61,233 nt of DNA, from NCBI GenBank assembly GCA_049999805.1, contig JBNGIO010006382.1, positions 1 through 61,233 on the forward strand, in the 5' to 3' direction. This DNA comes from Folioceros fuciformis (taxonomy: Eukaryota). The notes below the pieces were generated by a model. That model was not told the origin of the DNA. It saw only the letters and a list, made by a program, of their open reading frames with translations, and did no database searches. Position numbers and translations under genes: made by a program. Shown here piece by piece: positions 52,561-61,233 of this stretch (its first letter is position 1; every line of letters starts with the position of its first letter).

Positions 52561-53828
52561 TCAATGGGCAGAGTGCGTTTCTCCCAGCCAAGCCTCGAAA
52601 TGGGCGGCCTGATCTGCCTGAAACTGCTCGAACGACTCCTCCTCCGAAACCTGTGCTGGCTCATTCGGATCTGCAGAGTGGGGGCTGGTTGGCACATCTG
52701 GAAGTATCTGGAAGGACTTATGATCAGACTCCTGACTGGATCTGGAGCCTATCCGCCACACCTCCCTTCCAACCGTCCCTGCAGTCTGCACGGCAGTGTC
52801 GTAAACCGCACGCATGTATCTCCCTGGCACCATGTAGGTAGGTGGCGCCTGGGGAGCTCGCGAACCTGACGAAGTGCTACCTTCGGCATCGTTGGCGCCT
52901 GCAACGGTACAGGGTTCCTTCTCTCCTCCAGCCTTCCCCTCTGTAAACCTCCTCACTCCACTGGTCACACTACTTGCTCTCGACACAGCAGAGTCGTACA
53001 AGTTCCAGACATAGCCGTTCATCATCATAGGATCGATGAGACGCGGCACGCCCCTGGGCCCAGCAGAGCTTATGCTCCCAGCAACATCAGAGGACTCTAG
53101 TTCAGGGACACTCTCGCTTCTTCTCTTGGAAGCTTGCTCCAAATGGTGCTCATCTGCTGCCATCCCCGGCGGGTGTCCAGTACTACTGTCAAGGACATGG
53201 CAAGGGATCCGAACTTCAAGGTCGGACATATCGTTCAAGAAACGGCCTTGTTGCAAAAGTTACGATTTATAGTGATATAGATACACTCTGAATTGCTTAA
53301 CCAGGCTACGTAAAAAGCAGTCGGGATGCTCACTCACCTGTCACCACGGCGAAGAGATGGCAACACAGATGCGGCAGAGGATAAGGTCTTGATCATTCTT
53401 TCTATAGTAGACTGTCCGCACTCCTTCATGGTTTTCACAGAAGTGAGAGCATCCTTGGAATCCTCGGTACTGAAAACTGCTTCCCGCGTGCTCTCCACAA
53501 GTTGGCTCTTCAAGAATTCCACCACGGTTGCAGCGTGAGACTCACCAGAAGCAAACCACAAACGCCAAACCCTGCCTGCAGCTCGGCTATGCTTGTCTGT
53601 ACCTTCAGAGACACCAAGACAGGAATCGCCTTGTGCACATGATGCTGCACGAAGTACAGCCCCACGGATGGCTCATTCGCTACCTGCTTGATCAATTCCG
53701 TCATGGTGTCGTGCACTGCATTCACCCACTCCACCATTTCCTTGTGAGAACATTAGAAGCACAAACAAACAGAAACAGCAGCCGCTGGGTTGCACATCTC
53801 GGAGTCTCACCTTTGGTAAAATCAGCAT
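52561..53828 (-). CDS. BORCS8/MEF2BNB-like protein; start at 53828 or 53737
   Basis: ELIKQVANEPSVGLYFVQHHV. Last exon starts at 53185 through a phase-2 acceptor (TTGACAG). Confidence 0.75.
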
Positions 53829-54108
53829 CGCCTTCGCTTGCCACTCCCGGCATCCAACTCGCCTCGGATTTCTTTCCGCCGATCATGGTTTGTGCTTCGC
53901 TATCGCAGCCGAGAAGAGCGTGGAAAGCGGCAACCTCATCTCCTCGGACAGATATGGTGGATAGATAACAGCACTGGTGTCCAAAATGAATATATAATAA
54001 TTTTAATAGTGGCCTGTCCTTCCTTGAGCTCGCCTCAGGCCCGAAGAGCAAGGGCTTGGGTTTAAAGGTCCCATTTTGCCTCTTTTCGGGAGGTTTCCGC
54101 AGGCCGCG

Positions 54109-57100
54109 ATGCCCGGGAAAACGGGATATAAGCGGAAGCCCTGGCGTCCTTCGGCGCCGCTACTCCCCCCGGATCACGACGATGTGGAGATTTCTGAGGA
54201 CGATTTGGAATTCGTGGAGAAGCACAAGAAGCGTGTAGGATTTCTGGCCAACTTGGACACTGATACCATCAACAAGTACGTGTATTCTTCCTTCCTGTCT
54301 TCTCCAACGTGGTCGAGCTCTGTGCATAGTTGTCACCTGATTTGACAGGACGGGTATTGCTTGTCCTGGACTTACTGTTTGCCCTTCAATGGATCTAATT
54401 CAGGCAAGTTTTGCGGCTGAATCCTGATCAGGATGGGGATCTGGAGACGTACTACGAGAAGAGAGCTGAACAGAGGATTGCAAGAGATGTTGCAGGGTCT
54501 AGGGGACTGACAGTGGATCCTGTTGACGCTTTGCCTGTGAAATCGCTTACTGGGGAGCTCCATTATCGCACCAAGGATGTTGTAGGTGCGCTGGGTCTAC
54601 GAGCTGTGTTTTTTGGTCCTGACTGCGAGTTTATGCAAAGACTCTTGCGCAGATTGTCGGGATTGTGCTGAGATGTACTTTGTTGCTGTGGTTACCTGGG
54701 CAGGTGCTGGAGAGACGTATGTGAGCGTCGAAGATCGGAGAGCATTGGTGAGGAAATGTAAGGAGTCGGGTGTTCACCCTGAAGAAGATGGAGTGTCTCC
54801 TGAAGTTGGCGATTCCAGCCCAGTGGAGGGAGATGGAGTTGAAAAGGAAGGGAAAAAGGTCACCAAAGCACATCGAAAGAAGGAGAAGAAAAAGCTCAAG
54901 AAGGAAAAGGAGGCAAAGAAAATGGACGTGGCACCCATCGAAGAGCCCAGTGCTCTTCCTTCAGCAGCAGAAAGAATGGTGAGCACAAAAATGGACTCTT
55001 TCATGAATGATTGAAAGGTGGCGTCGTGCTAATTTCCTTCATTGACCACACACCAGGATGAGCTGGACAGTTACATCTCAATTCAGGAGAAACGGTCACA
55101 GATGAAGGATCGGATGGCAGAAATTGGCACTCAGCTCTTAGCTAGTCCAGATCAAAATGTTGCCACGTTGAAGGAGCTTCAAGAGATGTGCAATGATCGA
55201 GACGAAATTATTTCGCAACTAGCCATGCTATCTGCCATGGCTGTTTTTAAGGATCTAGTACCTGGGTAAGTAAGTGTCCTGTGCTCTTCCGCTCTCCACC
55301 AATTCACACTTACTTGGGGGAGACATTCATGGGAATTGGTGTGGCTGTAAAGGTATCGAATACGTCTGCCTACTCAGAAGGAATTGGAAATGGCAGTTTC
55401 CAAGGAGGTGCGGAAAGTCCGGGACTTCGAGTCAGCTCTTCTTCGTGCTTATCAGGTATGCCTTGATGTGTGTGTTTGGCACTCATTTGTCCACGAGGAC
55501 ACATGGTCAGTAGTCAGGAGATTGACTCTACCAGCTTGCGAGTTTCACTGTGTGCAGGTCTATGTTCAGATGCTAGTGAAAGCAGCTAAATCGCGAGTTC
55601 ATCGAAAGACAGCTCTTCGCTGCATTTGTGGGCTTCTGGACGCTGCTCCCCATTTCAACTTCCGGGAGAGCCTAATGGCAGCTATTATTCCCCGGATGAA
55701 TTCGGATGATGCAGAATACAGGTGATCGCCGGTGGTCTTGTGTAATGGGCTTCATTCTTGCTGCATTCTGGGCATATTCTGGCTTGGTTGTTGCAATGGG
55801 CATAGGTATTTGTTTATACTAAGCTTCTTTAGGTTTCCCAGTCTATGGTCTTATTCACCATCGCATGCAGAGCCATTTCCTGTGAAGCGATTCGGGTCCT
55901 CTTCAAGAACAATGACAAGCATGGGGGTCATGCTACGGTTGAGGCAGTGCAGCTGATCGCAGACTTTGTGAAGCTGCGCAAATGTCAGGCCCATCCTGAT
56001 GTTGTGGAGGTAGCAGGCCGGCGCACCAAATCTCTTAACTTCAGCAGCTGCTTCAGATTCTGAGTCCTTAACCTCAGTTCCATTTACAGGTATTTCTAGC
56101 ATTACAGTTTGATGACGATCTCACAAAATCCCGGCGAGATGACGAGAAGAGTGCAGTGAAGCAACAATCTAAGCAGCAGCTGAAGGAGTCCAAGCGCAAG
56201 AAGCAAAAACTTGCAGCCCAGTTGAGGAAAGAGGTAGTGTTTTTTGTTTTTTTCCCTTTTACCGTTGTCAACTCATGCTGTACTGGCTGAGATTCAGAAT
56301 AGCCAGGGCCTGAATGTGGTGGCTACTATGGTCGCTACTTTGCTCGACGTGCACATCGTTAACGGGTGCACGGTCTCTTTTTTTTTTTTTTTTGACTTTG
56401 TGTTACTGCAATAGGTGGAGAAAGACTTTCAAGAGTCCATGGCGGTACCTGATGGGCTAGAGCGAAAGAAATTGCAGACTGTGACACTTGCCGCTGTTTT
56501 TGAGACCTATTTTCGTGTGTTGAAGTCAAGCTTAGAGCCTCCTCGGAGCAGGTATGATTTGCAATATATACCTTGTACGGTTACGTCTTGTCGCAATCCC
56601 TGACAAGGTGCAACTCGTTTTGTATGTAGGAAGGATACTGAGAGCAAGGATGTGGCTTTGCTTGGCCCCCGACCACTCCTAGCACCAAGTCTGGAAGGTC
56701 TTGCAAAGTTTGCACACCTGATCAATGTTGACTTTATGGGAGATCTGCTTGCGGTGCTCCGTAAACTCTCTGGTGGTGGTGTCCTGTCGAACAACCAGCA
56801 GGAGAATGTGGCTCATGTGGGCCTTAGCACTGGAGAGCGCTTGCAATGCTGTATAATTGCTTTCAAGATCGTGCGAAACAACATGGATGCACTCAATGTT
56901 GACCTCCGAGAGTTCTATGTTCAACTGTTCAACTTGCTGTACGAGGTGTCCTGCATCGGGTAAGCTTGACTGTGCGCACCAGGGGTTCACAAACATGCGT
57001 TTGTTCTTCACAATACTTTCAGTTCGAGCAGGCCAGGATTGGCTTCTAATGTGCTTTTGTTTCCAGAGATATGGGACCCACTGCCGCGTTGTTGGCCCAG

Positions 57101-58073
57101 GCTCTTCAAGTATTGCTTTGGGAAGGACGACAGCATGATATGCAGCGGACTGCTGCTTTTATAAAACGTCTCAGCACTATCTCATTGCAGTCCGATGTAG
57201 CGGAGGCTATGGCAGGTACGGGGTCTTGAAGTTGCTGGCAGGGATATGCATGTTAGGTGAGGAAAACCCGAGATTTGGTTTATGGAGCTAATATTTGTTT
57301 CTCTTCTTGTTCTGCCTTAACCAAACTTGTGGTCGTGCGCATCCAGCCTTGATAACGGTGCGACACCTATTGCACCGAAACAAGAAGTGCAGGAATATAC
57401 TTGAGAACGATGGTGGTGGAGGAGCAGTTGGGGGCAATATCGCTGTAAGTCGCTCCCATTTCATTTGTTTGAAGGGTTTGGTCGGTGTTGTGGGGTCTGC
57501 TCCTTGTCTCTGCAAGGTCAATTGATCACTGCTAGACTTCTCACCTTTGAAACTTACGGTTCTTTTCTGCAGATGTTTCAACTAGATGCTACAGATCCTG
57601 ACTTGAGTGGCGCTTTGACATCCGTATTGTGGGAGGTGGCACTCCTGCGCCAGCATTACCACCCGAGTGTTGCGGCCCTGGCCACTGAAATTTCCTTGAT
57701 ATCAGCCGCGACAGCTAGCACACTAGTGGCAACCATGTCGCCGACAGATGCCGCACAGGCATACTTAACAAACACGGGAGGTTTCCGGCCGGCCATTCGA
57801 CCTCCACCAAAAGTTCCTCGACGGAAGGTTTACAGATCTCTTGGCTCGGACTTCATCGACAAGATGGCAGATTTGTTAGATTCGGCATCCGAGGATGAGG
57901 AAGGGATGCGGAGGGCTTTCTCTTCACATTTTCGGGTGGTGAGGAATCATGCAGAGAACCTGCGATTGAGGTCAGAGCTAGTTAGGGTGACCAGATCATT
58001 GGCTCTGTGGGACGAGTACAAGGAATACAAGGAAACCAGGCAGCAGAAAAGGAAAGGACGGAACCTCAATTGA
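54109..58073 (+). CDS. NOC3: Nucleolar complex protein 3 (NOC3/CBF domain), multi-exon
   Basis: EISEDDLEF, DALPVK, AVFKDLVPGYRIR, PHFNFRE, VFETYFRVLK, LEGLAKFAHLINVDF and LWE..LL..HYHP. Confidence 0.92.
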
Positions 58074-58237
58074 GATCTGATATCTTGGAACTTTAGCATT
58101 TGGAATTGTTTTTTTATTTTGTTATTGATTTGACGTCTGACGATCTTGAAATGGAGGTAAGGAGATCGGATCGAAACGGCAGGTACGTGCTGCCTACCGT
58201 ACGCAAGAGTTACGGCCACTGTACTGTACGTCTATGA

Positions 58238-60100
58238 TCAATCGGGCGTCACGGTTCTGGGCGTTGAATCACAAGAGAGGGCGATTTCGGGCGGCCATCC
58301 AAAGCGCTCTAAGAGCGAAAGCACCACTCCGTTGGTCCATCCGAATCCCGTCTGCCCGGCGTACTCGCCTCCGCCCCCGGCAAATCCGCACTGCCTCACG
58401 TCGTATTTCTCATGCATGGCCCCGGAGACGACGAAGGCCTCGTGATTGGTTTGGAGCCAACGGCGGGCCAGCTCACGTGCCACAGCTCTTGTACTCCTGT
58501 TCCGAGAGGTCCCCATGCCCTCGATGATCATGTGCTGTAGCGGTGCCCAGCCGTTGGGGAAGTCCCACTGCTGCCCGGTGTTGCGGAGTGAAGTGGCGAT
58601 GCCCGCCGGCAGCACTAGCCCGGACTGCAGCAGTGCCTGAGTTACCCCGTCGTCCTGCCTCCTCCCCTCGTCCGTGTGCGGGATCAAGCCACACCAGACC
58701 GGCACAAAATTAGAGGCAAAAACCAGCTGATTTTGCCTCTGCACATCGAACTGGTGCACCTCCTCCCCGGGGCAAACCTCCGGGGGAAGCCAGTAGTCAA
58801 ACCATTGCATCCGTTGCTCGCTCCAGAACACGGCATGGATGGCCGCGGCTCGGCGCGCGGCCAGATGCTTGAACTCTGCCTCCACTGCCTCGTCGCCGAC
58901 AAATTGCGCGAAGCTGCGGATGTTGTCCTCCATCTGGTAGAGTAGCGCGTTCAGATCTACCGGCACGATGAGCGAAGTCCGCAGCGTGCTCAGATTGAAC
59001 CCGTCTGCCATCCACCTGGAGCTGAAGTCCCAGCCAGTCTCGGCGGCAGTGGCGATGTCGCGGTACAGCTGCTCCCGCCGCTCCTCCGACACGTTGTGCG
59101 CCACGACCTCATCGAGCGTGGCGGACTCCGGCCGCGGCTTGTTCCACAAAGCGTAGTACCTGCTAAGAGAATGAAGCGTCCCGTCCCTCCCCCGGATCAA
59201 GACGCGATGCAATTTGGAGCTCCATCGCCGGTGCTCCACAATAAGCGTTGGAAGGGCTCGCCGCAGGATCTCCATATCCCCGGTGGCCCGGAACAGACAG
59301 GCAACCATCTCACTGAGCATGGGAGGCTGGCTCCGATTCGTGTAGTAGGTCCTGGCCCCATTCGGCACGAACCCGATTGAATCCACCAGAGAAAGAAGGT
59401 TGTCCACCAGACTCCGGGCAGCCTTCAACATCCGGCTCACAATCAGACCCCTCAACACCCAGTAGCTGTCCCAGTAGTACACCTCCCGGAACCGCGACCC
59501 CGGCACCACGAACGAACCGCGCAGCGGCAGAAGCGTGTGCCGATCCAGATTCAAGAAAACCTCCGGCTTTATGCGCCGGGTCAAATTGGACCAAATAGCA
59601 TGGATCTGCAAGGCCCACGCCCGCACCTCCTTGCTTTGCACCCTAGGAAGGAAATTCGGCGGCTCCGGCACAAAATCCCCCGACTCTGCCTGCTCCAGCT
59701 CGAACCCCGGCGGGTCGAAGAATCCCTGTACAAAGGCCTGCAAGGTGGCGTTGTCAATCCCGCCGTCTGCGGCACGCGGCAAGGCAGCAAAGGCAACTTC
59801 CGTGTCCCGCAGGGGCTGCCGCAGCGCAAGGTCCACATACGTCTTGGGATCGAAGGAGACTTTGGCCACGCCCTCGGGCTGGCTCTTCAACGCCTCCGCC
59901 TGCAGCGTCATCAGAAAGGTGAGCAGATGGGAAAAGTTGCCGACGACGGAGTCACACCCGGCAGCCCCTACTGCGTTCGCCATAGGCCCGACGCTCCCCC
60001 CGCGTCTCGTCCCCTGCTGGCTCCAGCCTTGTGCGATGCTGCTGCCGCAGCAGGAGCCGCAACCACAATGGCGGATACAACACCTCCGACACCGGGGCAT
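58238..60100 (-). CDS. TRE1: Trehalase (GH37), intronless; start at 60100 or 59983
   Basis: DPKTYVD, VPGSRFREVYYWDSYW, PNGARTYY.NRSQPP, PRPES, AETGWDFSSRW, QQWDFPNGWAPLQ, EKYD and GGGGEY..QTGFGWTNG. Confidence 0.95.
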   Translation of the reverse strand: MPRCRRCCIRHCGCGSCCGSSIAQGWSQQGTRRGGSVGPMANAVGAAGCDSVVGNFSHLLTFLMTLQAEALKSQPEGVAKVSFDPKTYVDLALRQPLRDTEVAFAALPRAADGGIDNATLQAFVQGFFDPPGFELEQAESGDFVPEPPNFLPRVQSKEVRAWALQIHAIWSNLTRRIKPEVFLNLDRHTLLPLRGSFVVPGSRFREVYYWDSYWVLRGLIVSRMLKAARSLVDNLLSLVDSIGFVPNGARTYYTNRSQPPMLSEMVACLFRATGDMEILRRALPTLIVEHRRWSSKLHRVLIRGRDGTLHSLSRYYALWNKPRPESATLDEVVAHNVSEERREQLYRDIATAAETGWDFSSRWMADGFNLSTLRTSLIVPVDLNALLYQMEDNIRSFAQFVGDEAVEAEFKHLAARRAAAIHAVFWSEQRMQWFDYWLPPEVCPGEEVHQFDVQRQNQLVFASNFVPVWCGLIPHTDEGRRQDDGVTQALLQSGLVLPAGIATSLRNTGQQWDFPNGWAPLQHMIIEGMGTSRNRSTRAVARELARRWLQTNHEAFVVSGAMHEKYDVRQCGFAGGGGEYAGQTGFGWTNGVVLSLLERFGWPPEIALSCDSTPRTVTPD

Positions 60101-60157
60101 GACACACTCCGACGACGCGACGGAGCCGGCACACGTCTCGAGCCACTCGCAGACAGG

Positions 60158-60368
60158 AATGTGGGACGTCTCGTGCGTCTCGCAGCCAGATTAGGTCAGT
60201 AATGTGGGACAGCTCTTCCGTCTCGTAGCCACACTAGGTACGTAATGTGGGACATCTCTTCCGTCTCGTAGCCACACTAGGTACGTAATGTGGGACATCT
60301 CTTCCGTCTCGCAGCCAGAATACGTGATGTGGAACGTCTTGTGCGTCTCGTAGGCAGAGTATGCGTGA
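60158..60368. repeat. Tandem repeat, ~43-bp unit, ~5 copies
   Basis: Units AATGTGGGAC..CTC..CCGTCTCG.AGCCA...TAGGT start at 60158, 60201, 60244, 60287 and ~60326. Confidence 0.9.
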
Positions 60369-61233
60369 CGTACTATCCAGGGAAGCTGTGTCCTGTGAAA
60401 AAGCCTGATTGGATATTAGTGGGAAAAATGCCTGCGTTTTGCAGGTGGCATGATTCTAGAAACATGCATGGCAATCCTGGAATCACAAAACCTCAGGAAC
60501 TGCTGCAGTTAGAGAGTAGCAGAAATGACCCCAGAAACGCATTACGGTCCCACCACTGACGGACCGGGGGTCGAGGCTGGCTTTGCAATTACACGCCGTG
60601 TAAAGTAACGGCGTCTTGGACCAAGGCCTAGGCCGGTCCAGAATAAGCGGCGAAGAAAGAAAGGAAAACAGAAAAAATGGAGCAGTAGGGCTGCGGGCAC
60701 CGGCAGGCTTCCTTGACCCGACTTTCATCCAGGGCCGGGTGCTCCGGACTCATATATTCGGGAGGGTGCGATTCTGTTTGGGGCAGCCAGGGAGCAGCAG
60801 GGCACAGGTGTCCGCGTCGCTGAGCTCGCATATTCGTGGAGGATTTCCAGGCGTGTCTCCACGACTCGCGACTCTGAGACGTGTCTCGGAACGCGCCCGC
60901 GTCTCCAAGCAGCGGGAGGGGGAGAGGACGGGAGGAAGCATTGCTGGTGCGGCGCTCCCTCAGCCAGCCGGGGAGGTCGGCCCGCCCGCGGCCCTGGTGC
61001 CTGCTGATTGCGAGAGATCCGCCGCCTGCTTCGCTTTGCTCGGCAGATCGCCTGCCGAAACCATTGGCGGATCAACGCCGGATTTTTGCGGACATGGATG
61101 TATGAATTTGCGGGACGGGACGGCACGGTACGGGAAGCTGCACGGCACGGGCACGGGAAGTTGCACGGCAGGGGGGGCCGCGGCGTCGTCTGGAGAAGCG
61201 GTCTGAACCCGAGCATGACGACGGAATATGGAC

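Noticed and set aside
60158-60368. CRISPR-like array
   Set aside because: Units are contiguous tandem copies without unique spacers, the context is eukaryotic and no cas genes are present.
59535-61216. Long overlapping ORFs near the right end
   Set aside because: Antisense to trehalase or a by-product of high GC content, with no domain signatures.

Overview
Gene-dense nuclear DNA from a non-seed land plant. A hornwort (Anthoceros-like) is the best inference, given mostly ~80-130 bp introns, very short intergenic spacers, and PLS-class PPRs with the SWW motif and elongated L repeats. The window has two 100-N scaffold gaps. It encodes 17 apparently intact genes: plastid transketolase, two PLS-E/E+ PPR editing factors, Bin3/MePCE methyltransferase, an ABCG half-transporter, an LPE1-like P-class PPR, Yippee, apyrase, NDUFB3, SAL1/FRY1, an RWP-RK factor, an ARF-B GTPase, GT47 exostosin, FAS2, an ABC1 kinase, a BORCS8-like protein and NOC3, plus an intronless trehalase. 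It also holds a disrupted PPR paralog, decayed gene fragments, a pseudo-tRNA and a 43-bp tandem repeat. Highlights not visible in the ORF track: (1) two small upstream exons splice an OSB-type 'PDF' ssDNA-binding module in frame onto the largest PLS-PPR; (2) the RWP-RK factor has a hidden N-terminal Par3/HAL-like (PB1-type) domain; (3) a decayed copy of the GT47 gene abuts a DYW-truncated PPR; (4) a Nextera Tn5 adapter is embedded in the GT47 CDS, probably an assembly artefact. All exon structures and family calls were read by eye, with no database searches.
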